From an uncultured Candidatus Saccharibacteria bacterium (GTDB taxonomy: Bacteria; Patescibacteriota; Doudnabacteria; UBA920), in contig CAZDIP010000004.1 in NCBI GenBank assembly GCA_964505635.1, positions 7,198-71,197 on the forward strand: a stretch of 64,000 bases of DNA. Reading direction: 5' to 3'. Below the pieces are notes generated by a model that was not told the DNA's origin, ran no database searches, and was given only the letters and a program-made list of their open reading frames with translations. Below are positions 55,203 through 64,000 of this stretch, in pieces. The first letter of the stretch is position 1. Each line of letters starts with the position of its first letter. The position numbers and the translations under genes were made by a program.

Positions 55203-55748
55203 ATGTACGAAGTTGAAACTAAAATTTTGGATGTAAGTAAAGACGAGATTGAACAAAGTTTAAATATTTTGGGGGCGAAAAAAATCCAGACTACGCGTTT
55301 ATGGGTTGACTGGTTTCGGTCTAAAGGTATTTTGGAAGGAGAAGATCCCTGGTATTTGAGGGTGCGCAAATATTCGGACGGCAAAGTTGAGGTAACCTGG
55401 AAAGGCAAGTCGGAAATTTTAGGAGCCGCACGAAAGCATAAAGAGATTAATTTTTTAATTTCAGATCCGCAGGCTGCAAAAAATTTGTTTTTGGAACTTA
55501 ACCTGGAAGCTTACGCGCATCAGGAAAAAGATAGGTTGTCCTGGGAATTTATGGAGTGGAGGTTTGATTTGGACCAGTATCCCAATATGCCGGCTTATTT
55601 GGAAATAGAAGGCAAAGACGAAGCGCATATTTTAGAAGCTATTAAGCTTTTAAAATTGGATAAGCACCGAACCAGCTCTTTGGGAGAAACAAGCGTAATT
55701 AGAAATATTTACGGCCTTGATTGGAATAATATGAAATTTAATGAATAA
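55203..55748 (+). CDS. CYTH-domain triphosphate tunnel metalloenzyme (CyaB/thiamine-triphosphatase-like)
   Basis: N-terminal ExExK signature (MYEVETKI); 181 aa; acidic and basic residues spaced as in CYTH beta-barrel enzymes. Confidence 0.6.
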   Translation: MYEVETKILDVSKDEIEQSLNILGAKKIQTTRLWVDWFRSKGILEGEDPWYLRVRKYSDGKVEVTWKGKSEILGAARKHKEINFLISDPQAAKNLFLELNLEAYAHQEKDRLSWEFMEWRFDLDQYPNMPAYLEIEGKDEAHILEAIKLLKLDKHRTSSLGETSVIRNIYGLDWNNMKFNE

Positions 55749-56106
55749 GGAAAATTTTGAAAATTTAATTAGTCAGGCTGTGTTGGCTTTGCCGGAAAAG
55801 ATTCGCAGGAAACTAAATAACGTGGAAATTATTATGGAGGAAGGCGAGTCGCCCAACAATTCTTTGTTTGGGCTGTATCACGGCGTTTCCCAATTAAGAA
55901 GAGGTTCAGCTTATGGTATAAATCCTACATTGCCCGATAAAATAACAATCTACAAAGGTACTATAGAAAAATATGCTCAAACTGAAACAGAGGTGGCGTC
56001 TTTGGTTAGAAGAGTGGTTTGGCATGAAATTGGGCATCATTTCGGCTTTGACGAAGAGGGTGTTAGGAAATTGGAAAGTAAGTGGGTAAGTGAGGGAAGG
56101 GTGTAA
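55741..56106 (+). CDS. Small zincin-like metallopeptidase-fold protein (HEIGHHFG; DUF1025/Zincin_1-like)
   Basis: HExxH motif embedded in VVWHEIGHHFGFDEEG; 121 aa. Confidence 0.5.
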   Translation: MNKENFENLISQAVLALPEKIRRKLNNVEIIMEEGESPNNSLFGLYHGVSQLRRGSAYGINPTLPDKITIYKGTIEKYAQTETEVASLVRRVVWHEIGHHFGFDEEGVRKLESKWVSEGRV

Positions 56107-56110
56107 AATA

Positions 56111-56139
56111 TTGACAAAACAATAAAAATAGTGTATAAT
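56111..56139 (+). promoter_or_regulatory. Consensus sigma-70 promoter TTGACA-17-TATAAT upstream of the 56180/56596 genes
   Basis: Perfect -35 and -10 with 17-nt spacer; lies inside the 3' end of the preceding ORF. Confidence 0.6.
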
Positions 56140-56179
56140 ATATATCATAAATTTTAGACTTGTGTGATATAATCAACTT

Positions 56180-56542
56180 ATGGAACAAAAACCAATAAAC
56201 CAAGAATCGCTTTCTAATTTAATCAAGGCAGTGGAAAAAGGAAGTCTCACTCCTGAACAGGAAAAAACTCTTGCTGGCATTGTGGAAACGGCCAGGTCAA
56301 CCGAAAAACTGACTAAGCCACATGAGGAAGCTCAGTTGACAGGCTCTAAAGAAGTTAATCCGTCTATAAATCGGACTTCAGATTCAGGGCCTGAATTTTC
56401 AGGGAATTTAGTAGAGGGAAATGGCGATAGTAATGAGGCGGGTATTACCCAGTTACTTGAAGCTTTGCAGGAAGCCCAGCTGTACCATCAAGATAAGTCG
56501 TCTACTTCCGCTGCGGAATTGGCTGATTCACTCAACCGTTGA
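56180..56542 (+). CDS. Hypothetical protein (120 aa)
   Basis: ORF track; no motif. Confidence 0.45.
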   Translation: MEQKPINQESLSNLIKAVEKGSLTPEQEKTLAGIVETARSTEKLTKPHEEAQLTGSKEVNPSINRTSDSGPEFSGNLVEGNGDSNEAGITQLLEALQEAQLYHQDKSSTSAAELADSLNR

Positions 56543-56595
56543 TTTAAACTAAGTATAATTAAAATAAAAATTGAGTAAAACAAAAAATATAACGC

Positions 56596-59145
56596 ATGTC
56601 GTTTGAGTTAAGCGCAATCAATATTGCCCTTTTGCTGCTGCCGGTTTTAGTAGCAGTGTTTTTGGGTTTAGGATTTTATTTTTTTAAACGCCATGTTTAT
56701 CATAAAAAACATATTATTCCAAGGACTTTGGATTGGGTATTTTTGGAAGTGCAGATGCCTAAGGACAATATTGACGAAAAAGACAAGCCAAAAAATGAAG
56801 ATGAAAAAAAACGTTTAATTGCCGTTGCTGAACAGCTTTTTACCACGCTTTCGGAAAGCACTCATAAAAAGGGCTGGCTTTTGGGTAAAGATTACTATAG
56901 TTTTGAAATTGCCTGTACGGATAAAAAAATATCTTTTTATATAAATTGTCCTAAACATTTGCAGGAGCTGGTGGAAAAACAGGTTTTGGCCCAGTACCCG
57001 CACGCGTTTATAGAACAGGTAAAAGGCTATAATCCGTTTATAAAGGGAGGAACCTTGGAAGTAGAGGAGCTTGAGTTATCTAAACAATATATTTACCCTT
57101 TTAGAACCTATAAAACAACCGAGTCAGATCCTCTTAATGCCATAACCAATGCTATGAGCAAGCTTTCGGAGAACGAGGGCGCGGCCGTGCAGTTTATATT
57201 GAGCCCGGCAGGCACAGCCTGGCAAGGCAGACCGAGGCGCATGGCTTTGGAAATCCAGCAGGGTAAGAATCCCGAACTGGTGGAAAAAAGCCATTTTTCC
57301 AGAATGTTAATCGGTCTTTTGCGCGCGGTTGGCGGAGGGCTTTGGGGGGTGGGCAAGGGAAAAAATTATCAATCTTCCCACGCTCACAAAGACTTAATGG
57401 GCTATTATGCCCCCATACAGCTTACGCCCATGCAGCAGGAAATAGTAAAGAAGTTGGAAGAAAAAGCCAGTAGGCCGGGGTATAAAACCAATATCAGAAT
57501 TGTAACTTCTTCGGCTGTGCCTGGCGCGGCGCAAGTGCACATGAGGAATTTGCTTGCTAGTTTTTTGCAGTTTAATATGCCCCCCTTTAACGGCATTAAA
57601 ATAAAAAAACGTGATAAGAATGACATTTTAAAAGATTATATTTTTAGAGTTTTTCGGGCGAACAATAAGCGCGGTATTTTAAATACCGAGGAATTGGCCA
57701 GTTTGTGGCATCTGCCGACTTTGTATTTGGAAACGCCGAATATTAAGTGGCTGCAAAGCAAAAAAGCCCCGCCGCCCATTAATTTACCGGATTCAGGCAT
57801 TTTGCTTGGCAGGAATATTTACAGAGGCCTAGAGACGCCTATTTTTATGGCGCGCGAAGATAGACGCAGGCATACGTATATTTTAGGCCGCACCGGAGGT
57901 GGTAAATCAGTGCTTTTGGCCAATATGGCTCTGCAGGATATAAAAAACGGTGAAGGTGTTTGCGTAGTGGATCCGCACGGGGATTTAGTTCAGGATATTT
58001 TGGAGCGAGCGCCCAAGGAACGCGCCGAAGATATTATTGTGTTTGAGCCTTTTGACATGGACAGGCCTATTGGTCTGAACATGTTGGAAGTTGACAGTGA
58101 GGAACAGAAAGATTTTGCGGTGCAGGAAATGATCTCTATTTTTTACAAATTGGTTACCGATCCTGCCATGTTAGGGCCGATGTTTGAACATAATATGCGC
58201 AACGCCATGTTGACTTTAATGGCTGATGAGGAGCACCCGGGCACTATTACAGATATTCCCAGAATTTTTACAGATACAGAATTTCAGCGTTATAAAGTAG
58301 AAAAATTAAAAGATCCGGTGGTGAGGTTATTTTGGGAAAAAGAGATGGCCAAAACTTCCGATTTCCACAAGTCGGAAATGCTCGGTTATTTAATTTCCAA
58401 AGTTGGCCGGTTTGTGGAAAATGCCATGATGAGAAATATTGTCGGGCAATCCAAATCCGGGTTTAACTTCAGGAAAGTTATGGATGAAGGCAAGGTTTTA
58501 CTGGTTAATCTGTCTAAAGGCCGAACCGGGGAAATAAACGCTAAACTGCTTGGTTTAATTTTTGTCAGTAAAATTCAAATGGCAGCCATGTCAAGGGCGG
58601 ATGTTCCGGAGGATAAACGGAAGGATTTTTATTTGTATGTAGATGAGTTTCAAAATTTTATTACCGACGCTTTTTCTTCTATTTTGTCTGAAGCCAGAAA
58701 GTATCGCCTAAATTTAATAATCGCGCATCAGTATTTAGGCCAGTTAGAGCAGCAGGCAGGGGCGCAGGGAGCGGCTAGTAAAGATTTGCGGGACGCTGTG
58801 TTCGGCAACGCCGGGACGTTAATTACCTTTAGAACCGGGGCAGAAGACGCGGAATTTTTAGCCAAAGAGTTTTCGCCCACTTTTAACCAATTTGACCTAG
58901 TCAATATTGACCGTTTTAATACCTACTTAAAACTCATGGTCAACGGCACGGCTTCCAAGCCTTTTAATATGGCCACCAATCCTTTACCTAAAGACGTAAA
59001 TGTGGAAATGGCTGTGGCTGTTCGCAATCTTTCCAGGCTTAAATATGGCAGGTCAAGGACAGAAGTGGAGTCAGAACTTTTGGAAGCCAGCAAGGTGGCG
59101 GAAAGCATGTCCGAAGCTTTGCCTGAAATTGAACGTGGTTTGTAA
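56596..59145 (+). CDS. Membrane-anchored P-loop ATPase of the VirD4/TraD/HerA (DUF87/TraG-D_C-like) class with a ~400-aa N-terminal domain of unknown function
   Basis: N-terminal TM helix; Walker A ILGRTGGGKSVL (~res 430); Walker B YLYVDEFQNF (~res 690); 849 aa. Confidence 0.6.
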   Translation: MSFELSAINIALLLLPVLVAVFLGLGFYFFKRHVYHKKHIIPRTLDWVFLEVQMPKDNIDEKDKPKNEDEKKRLIAVAEQLFTTLSESTHKKGWLLGKDYYSFEIACTDKKISFYINCPKHLQELVEKQVLAQYPHAFIEQVKGYNPFIKGGTLEVEELELSKQYIYPFRTYKTTESDPLNAITNAMSKLSENEGAAVQFILSPAGTAWQGRPRRMALEIQQGKNPELVEKSHFSRMLIGLLRAVGGGLWGVGKGKNYQSSHAHKDLMGYYAPIQLTPMQQEIVKKLEEKASRPGYKTNIRIVTSSAVPGAAQVHMRNLLASFLQFNMPPFNGIKIKKRDKNDILKDYIFRVFRANNKRGILNTEELASLWHLPTLYLETPNIKWLQSKKAPPPINLPDSGILLGRNIYRGLETPIFMAREDRRRHTYILGRTGGGKSVLLANMALQDIKNGEGVCVVDPHGDLVQDILERAPKERAEDIIVFEPFDMDRPIGLNMLEVDSEEQKDFAVQEMISIFYKLVTDPAMLGPMFEHNMRNAMLTLMADEEHPGTITDIPRIFTDTEFQRYKVEKLKDPVVRLFWEKEMAKTSDFHKSEMLGYLISKVGRFVENAMMRNIVGQSKSGFNFRKVMDEGKVLLVNLSKGRTGEINAKLLGLIFVSKIQMAAMSRADVPEDKRKDFYLYVDEFQNFITDAFSSILSEARKYRLNLIIAHQYLGQLEQQAGAQGAASKDLRDAVFGNAGTLITFRTGAEDAEFLAKEFSPTFNQFDLVNIDRFNTYLKLMVNGTASKPFNMATNPLPKDVNVEMAVAVRNLSRLKYGRSRTEVESELLEASKVAESMSEALPEIERGL

Positions 59146-59204
59146 CTAAAATTTGAAATAAAAAAGCTTTTTTGTTAGTATTAAAGCATAATTAAAGATA
59201 TTTT

Positions 59205-59414
59205 ATGGCACACGGTGGGCATGGAGGAGAATCGCATAGTAAGTCTGGCGGTGGGGGCGGCTTTTTTCGTAGTATGGTTGAGGGTTTTGTGGATCCGGTT
59301 TCAGAGGCTATAGGCGGTAACGCCCAAAAAATAGTAAATAAGGAAATAAAAGGTTTAATTTCAACCGGCAAGGGTGGGGGTGGCAAGGGTGGGGGTGGTC
59401 ACGGACATCACTAG
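59205..59414 (+). CDS. Small glycine/histidine-rich protein (69 aa)
   Basis: MAHGGHGGESHSKSGGGGG...GKGGGGKGGGGHGHH; low complexity. Confidence 0.35.
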   Translation: MAHGGHGGESHSKSGGGGGFFRSMVEGFVDPVSEAIGGNAQKIVNKEIKGLISTGKGGGGKGGGGHGHH

Positions 59415-59425
59415 TTTAAAAATTC

Positions 59426-59454
59426 TTGCAAATTTTCTAGTTTAGTGGTATATT
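59426..59454 (+). promoter_or_regulatory. Candidate promoter TTGCAA-17-TATATT
   Basis: Upstream of the ORF at 59525. Confidence 0.4.
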
Positions 59455-59524
59455 TTATTTACACTTAAAGTAAGGTTTAAGAAATAAAAATAAAAAACAA
59501 ATATAAACTTTAGAAAATAAAAAT

Positions 59525-60154
59525 ATGGATAACGATAAACTTTCTCATTTGGCCATGGTTATGCAGATGCTGGATTCTGCTGAGAAAAATACTCAATCTG
59601 CCAAACAGCTTTTAAAAGATATTATAGGGGGTAAGGAAATTAAAACAGCTTATTCCGCGGTTTCCGCGCTTTCTGAAAAGGCGTCGACTTTTTCCGTTTC
59701 TGAAGGCGGAAAGGTGATTGAAGGCGTTTTTGACGGGCAAAATATGATAGGCCCGGACAAAAAGCAGTATCCGGTGCCGGCTAATTACGCTTCCAAGTCC
59801 AAATTGGTGGAAGGCGATGTGTTAAAATTAACTATTGCCGAAGACGGGTCTTTTATATATAAACAAATTGGCCCGGTTAACCGTAAAAAAATGCTCGGCA
59901 TTTTGGTAGTTGACGACAAGGGTGATTTTAGAGTCATGGCTGAAGGGAAACCTTACAAAGTTTTATTGGCCAGCTTAACTTATTTTAAATCTGAACCCGG
60001 AGACGAGGTTACTATTGTGGTGCCTGAAGATCAGGAAACTGACTGGGCGGCAGTGGAAAATGTTATAAAAAAGGGCACTTCCAGCGCTCATACCGATTTG
60101 GAAATGGGCGATTCAAAAAATAAAGTTTTGCTGGACGAAGACGAAGAATTATAA
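59525..60154 (+). CDS. Hypothetical protein (209 aa)
   Basis: ORF track. Confidence 0.45.
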   Translation: MDNDKLSHLAMVMQMLDSAEKNTQSAKQLLKDIIGGKEIKTAYSAVSALSEKASTFSVSEGGKVIEGVFDGQNMIGPDKKQYPVPANYASKSKLVEGDVLKLTIAEDGSFIYKQIGPVNRKKMLGILVVDDKGDFRVMAEGKPYKVLLASLTYFKSEPGDEVTIVVPEDQETDWAAVENVIKKGTSSAHTDLEMGDSKNKVLLDEDEEL

Positions 60155-60156
60155 AA

Positions 60157-60861
60157 ATGGAGCAAACACAAAATTTACCCGCATTGGGTTTGAATCAAAA
60201 AGTAACCGGTTACCTGGAGAAATATCCGGTCATTTTGCAATTATGCCGATTCGGCGCAATTGGCATTTTAAACACGGCTCTTGATTTTTTGATTTTAAAT
60301 TTTGTCTCAGAAACTCTTAACATTACTAAGGGTTTAAGCTTAGGAGGGGTTAATATAATTGGTTTTTCGGCAGCAGTGGTACAGAGTTATTTTTGGAATC
60401 GCTATTGGGCATTTGGAGATCAGGAAAAGAGTTTGTTGAAAAATTTTATCAGGTTGGTTATGGTGGGCCTTTTGGGCGCGTTTGGCATGGCAGCGGTTTT
60501 TCTTGGGGCTGCGGCCGGAGCCTTTAGTTTTTATTATTTGATAGTTTTAGTCGTTTACGTGGCAGCCCAAATTGCGCTTTGGAAAAGTTTTGGTTTAAGC
60601 GAGGCAAATTCAGATATTCCAAGCTTGCATACACCAACAGTTTCCGAAGAGCAGGGTAAAAAGAGCTTGCAATTTTGGAGTTTTTTAATTGTCAGCTTTG
60701 TCGGACTTTTGATTAACAGCGGTTTGGTTGGTTTGCTTTCTGAAAGATTAATGTTCGTTGATAGCGCCGCTTTAAATAAAAATGTTGCCAAAATTATAGC
60801 CACTTTAGCTTCTTTAATTTGGAACTTTGTGGGGTATAAGCTGGTTGTATTTAAGAAATAG
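60157..60861 (+). CDS. GtrA-family membrane protein (polysaccharide-synthesis/flippase-associated), extended form
   Basis: GtrA-like N-terminus (LCRFGAIGILNTALDFLILNF), 4+ TM helices; 234 aa. Confidence 0.6.
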   Translation: MEQTQNLPALGLNQKVTGYLEKYPVILQLCRFGAIGILNTALDFLILNFVSETLNITKGLSLGGVNIIGFSAAVVQSYFWNRYWAFGDQEKSLLKNFIRLVMVGLLGAFGMAAVFLGAAAGAFSFYYLIVLVVYVAAQIALWKSFGLSEANSDIPSLHTPTVSEEQGKKSLQFWSFLIVSFVGLLINSGLVGLLSERLMFVDSAALNKNVAKIIATLASLIWNFVGYKLVVFKK

Positions 60862-60877
60862 ATAAAATATCAGAATA

Positions 60878-60907
60878 AAAAAAACGTCTTGCAAGACGTT
60901 TTTTTTA
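60878..60907. terminator. Rho-independent terminator (aaaacgtcttgcaagacgtttt, A-run/T-run flanks; bidirectional)
   Basis: Perfect palindromic stem. Confidence 0.8.
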
Positions 60908-60970
60908 TTAACCCCGTGTGGTATAATTATTTGGCTTAAGAACAAGTTAATTTAAGCATCTTTTAACTTT

Positions 60971-62578
60971 ATGGCTGTTTTATATAGAAAATACAGATCC
61001 CAGACTTTTGCCGAGGTGGTTGGTCAGGGGCATATAATTACCACCCTAAAAAACCAGGTTGTTTTGGGGCAAGTGGCTCATGCCTATTTGTTTACAGGCA
61101 GTCGGGGAGTTGGGAAGACTTCTGTTGCAAGAATTTTAGCCAAAGCCGTTAATTGTGAAAAATCCGAAATCCGACCTGTCCCCCGAAGCCTTGGCGAAGG
61201 AGAAAATCCGAAATCCGAAATAATGGCAGGCGATGCATGCGGGCAATGCGGCGTATGCAAGGCGGTAGAAAACGGAAATTTTATTGATTTGTTGGAAATT
61301 GATGCTGCTTCCAACACCGGGGTGGACAATGTTAGAGACATAATAGAACATGTCAAGTTTTCCCCGTCTATTGGCAAATACAAAGTTTTTATTATAGATG
61401 AAGTGCATATGCTCTCTAAGGGCGCTTTTAATGCCTTATTAAAAACTTTGGAAGAACCGCCTAAGCACGCAATTTTTATTCTAGCAACCACCGAAATTGG
61501 CAAAGTGCCGGTTACCATAGTTTCTAGGACTCAGCGTTTTGACTTTAAGCGATTGTCTGAGCAGGAAATTTTTGTTCAGCTCAATAATGTCTTAAAGCAA
61601 GAAAATAAAATGTTAGACGAAAACGTGATAAATTTGTTGAGCCGGCATGCCGAAGGTAGTTTGCGGGACGGACTGTCTTTACTTTCAAAACTTTTGTCTT
61701 TAGGCGACAATATGAGTTTGGAAAGTGCTAGCGAGCTTTTGGGTATAACAGATGTTTCGTTGTGCGAGGAATTGGTTAAGCTGGTATCTTTAGGTAGTGC
61801 GGATCAGCTACCGGATTTTTTTGAAGCGCTTTCAGAGAAGGGTATTGATTTTTCGGCTTTTAACAAGGATTTATTGGAATATTTTAGGCAAGTGCTTATT
61901 TATAAAGTTACGGGTCAAAAGGAAAATTTTACCCTGGGCGAAGAATACTTAAACGGATTTTTGGAGAATGCCAACGCTTTTTTGTCACCTTTGGATGTAA
62001 TTTATTCTATTAGACTTTTTTTAAAGTCATTTAAAGATTTGAGTTTTAGTCCCAGTCCGCAAATTCCTTTGCTACTATGTTCTATGGAAGCGGCATTTAG
62101 GCAGAAGAGCCTGTTAAAAAGACCAATAGACTTAAACGACAAGAATAATAAAAAGAATGACCAGCAGTTGGACCCCGCGGCTTTAGAAGAAAAAAAAACA
62201 GTTGAGGTATTACCTGAAAAACAAGTAAATCCCTCGCATTCGGAAATTTTATTGGAACAGTCTGAGCTGGAAAAGAATTGGCCAAAAATCATCGCCCATG
62301 TAAAAAACATTAATTCACCTTTGGCAAATACTTTGCGGGGCTGTAAGCTCTTAGGAGTTTCCAGTGGTAGGTTTATTTTGGGCGCTAAGTTTTTGTTCCA
62401 TAAACAAAGTTTGGAAAATCAAAAGAATCAGGCGTTAATTTTGCAAAGTGTCGAGTCAGTTTTAAACAAGCGCGCAGGTTTTGTGGTTGAGGTTTTGAAA
62501 GATGAAACCGATGAAACCGCCGAGAATTTAAGCCTTTCCGATGCCTTGAAAATATTTGGCGGAGAATTGGTAGAATAA
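60971..62578 (+). CDS. dnaX: DNA polymerase III subunit gamma/tau, with a ~20-aa in-frame insertion flanked by a 17-nt direct repeat between the NCE and CGQC zinc-module residues
   Basis: Walker A GSRGVGKTS, zinc module C..CGQCGVC, sensor motifs, DEVHMLS, SRTQRF; 535 aa. Confidence 0.9.
   Translation: MAVLYRKYRSQTFAEVVGQGHIITTLKNQVVLGQVAHAYLFTGSRGVGKTSVARILAKAVNCEKSEIRPVPRSLGEGENPKSEIMAGDACGQCGVCKAVENGNFIDLLEIDAASNTGVDNVRDIIEHVKFSPSIGKYKVFIIDEVHMLSKGAFNALLKTLEEPPKHAIFILATTEIGKVPVTIVSRTQRFDFKRLSEQEIFVQLNNVLKQENKMLDENVINLLSRHAEGSLRDGLSLLSKLLSLGDNMSLESASELLGITDVSLCEELVKLVSLGSADQLPDFFEALSEKGIDFSAFNKDLLEYFRQVLIYKVTGQKENFTLGEEYLNGFLENANAFLSPLDVIYSIRLFLKSFKDLSFSPSPQIPLLLCSMEAAFRQKSLLKRPIDLNDKNNKKNDQQLDPAALEEKKTVEVLPEKQVNPSHSEILLEQSELEKNWPKIIAHVKNINSPLANTLRGCKLLGVSSGRFILGAKFLFHKQSLENQKNQALILQSVESVLNKRAGFVVEVLKDETDETAENLSLSDALKIFGGELVE
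61157..61220. repeat. 17-nt direct repeat (gaaaatccgaaatccga) x2 flanking 27 nt, in frame inside dnaX
   Basis: Seen directly; encodes KSEIRPVPRSLGEGENPKSEI. Confidence 0.8.
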
Positions 62579-62678
62579 AATAAATGATAAAATTGACAAG
62601 AATAACAAGAATGAAATACACTTAAACTGAAGTTTATCGGAAGTTTAGCCAGGTCGGCTCAATTTTTATTTTTAATCC

Positions 62679-64000
62679 GTGCTTGAAACGAAAGAACAAA
62701 AAAAAATTTTAGTTATTGCTTTAACGGCCCTGCTAATTTTGGTATTGATAAATGTTTTAAGCCCGGGCGGTTTTTCTTTTAAGATAAAACAAGAGCGAGA
62801 TGTCAATGAGCAGGCTTTGCAGGCCGAGCAGTATTTAAAGTATTTAAATTCTTTGCAAATAGATCGTAATGCTAGCGAACTGGTTTTTAAAGAAATATTA
62901 AGTGAGGAAGATATCCGCAACGAGGTGGAAAATCAATTAAAAATCAACCGGGAAATAGACACAAATAATTTTGAAGAAATTATTTTGAAGATTGACGCTA
63001 TGGGCAATAAAGAGGCGGCAGAAGCTTATGCAACGCAAGTCGGGGATTTGATATTGAATTTTAAAACCAGGTCAGCAGGTTTGGCTGGCGGACTGTTTTC
63101 CGGAGATTTGCAAAAAGTTGAACAGCTGGAAAAATACAGAAAAATTTTTGAGGTCAGGCTTAAAGAAATAACAGTTCCGAAACGGGCGCAAAAAGCCCAC
63201 CAAGAGCTTTTGCAAGCAGTGATTGCTTACGGCGAAACTTTAAATACCGCCATGCTTTATGCGCGAGGAGAAACAGCCGACATATGGCCGCAGGTCTATG
63301 AAAGTTATTATGTTATCAATAGCAAGCTGGCAGGTTTTACAGCTGAATTTACTAAATTTGTTGAAAGTTATAATATAGCATTTCTAGCTATACCGGCTTA
63401 CTCCGAAGGTTTGGGGAAAAAGAGCAAACAAAACACTTTTAGTTTAATACCGAAGGCTCAGGCAGTTTTGGGGATTGGCGATGTGGTAATTATTGCGGGA
63501 AATATTCCCCAAATTGTGCGTGAGGCCGTGGAAGAGGGTTTAACCGCGGCGTTTACCCAATTTATGGGCGAGTTTTTAAATAAAATGTTAGCCAAAATAG
63601 AAGAAAATTATAAAATTTCAAACTTTTTGTATTATACCGATGCCCTTATAGCCGGCCAGTACACAGATGATTATTTGAAAAAATATGTTAACGACGCTTT
63701 GGATAAAAAAATTATCAAGCGCTTTATACCCCAGCTTTCCTGCGGCGCAAGCAACGCCGAATTAACTCCCGTGTTTGAAGCGAAGGCGGCTCAGTTTTTG
63801 GGTTTTAATCCTCAGAGTTTGAGCGTTAATGACCCCGAATATTATTCAAAATTAAATAGGGTGGGAAATTTTTTGTCCAGCGAAAGCGGGTGGAGGTTAT
63901 ATTACGAAGACATGGCCAGACAGGTTCAGAGTGAAGCTGAAAAAGCGGCGGAAAGGGAATTAATCAGCCCCGGACTTAAAACCCCCAGGGATTCTATAGA
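62679..64000 (+). CDS. Hypothetical protein with N-terminal TM anchor, 3'-truncated by the window edge (>440 aa); not in the ORF track
   Basis: Open frame from GTG 62679 (VLETKEQKKILVIALTALLILVLINVL...) to the window end with no stop; typical codon usage. Confidence 0.5.
   Translation, partial: MLETKEQKKILVIALTALLILVLINVLSPGGFSFKIKQERDVNEQALQAEQYLKYLNSLQIDRNASELVFKEILSEEDIRNEVENQLKINREIDTNNFEEIILKIDAMGNKEAAEAYATQVGDLILNFKTRSAGLAGGLFSGDLQKVEQLEKYRKIFEVRLKEITVPKRAQKAHQELLQAVIAYGETLNTAMLYARGETADIWPQVYESYYVINSKLAGFTAEFTKFVESYNIAFLAIPAYSEGLGKKSKQNTFSLIPKAQAVLGIGDVVIIAGNIPQIVREAVEEGLTAAFTQFMGEFLNKMLAKIEENYKISNFLYYTDALIAGQYTDDYLKKYVNDALDKKIIKRFIPQLSCGASNAELTPVFEAKAAQFLGFNPQSLSVNDPEYYSKLNRVGNFLSSESGWRLYYEDMARQVQSEAEKAAERELISPGLKTPRDSI

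Overview
This 64 kb window (~40% GC, AT-rich) is almost entirely plus-strand genes from a small-genome bacterium and looks like a Candidate Phyla Radiation (Patescibacteria) chromosome, though I cannot confirm that from sequence alone. Supporting signs are the absence of L30 between S5 and L15, r-proteins with lysine-rich tails, compact and often overlapping genes, and a zinc-ribbon L28 of 57 aa. Core content, in order: the 3' part of pnp; a sigma-70-family factor; tgt; glyQS; a Xaa-Pro aminopeptidase; an M16 peptidase; nfo; an AI-2E transporter; metG; tatD; a NUDIX hydrolase; leuS; tsaC-like; glyA; a PAP2 phosphatase; uppP; tRNA-Leu(CAA); parB; tRNA-Pro(GGG); maf; a MacB-type ABC pair; a minus-strand rpmB missing from the ORF track; an ABC-F protein; a site-2 protease; a CBS protein; a secreted metzincin; and the str-S10-spc cluster (rpsL, rpsG, fusA, tuf, rpsJ through secY). 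After secY the usual adk/map/infA/rpsM... block is replaced by dcd, a CYTH enzyme, a zincin-like protein and a membrane-anchored VirD4/TraD/HerA-like P-loop ATPase; dnaX follows. Five observations stand out. First, LeuRS carries an inserted alpha/beta-hydrolase domain of about 180 aa (GHSFGG nucleophile elbow) just upstream of the CP1 TTRPDT motif. Second, two families of short palindromic repeats are dispersed through the window, and several copies sit in frame inside housekeeping genes (rpsG, nfo, pepP, dnaX), where the three copies checkable against standard homologues add 20-40 residues. Third, tRNA-Pro is flanked by decayed tRNA fragments. Fourth, a ~0.7 kb GC-elevated, promoter-to-terminator unit lies between parB and tRNA-Pro and is a candidate structured ncRNA or small zinc-ribbon protein. 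Fifth, the spacers rpsG-fusA (470 nt) and rpsJ-rplC (230 nt, with a terminator-like hairpin) are unusually long, and r-protein spacers carry short tandem oligonucleotide repeats. All calls are by eye from motifs; no database searches were run.
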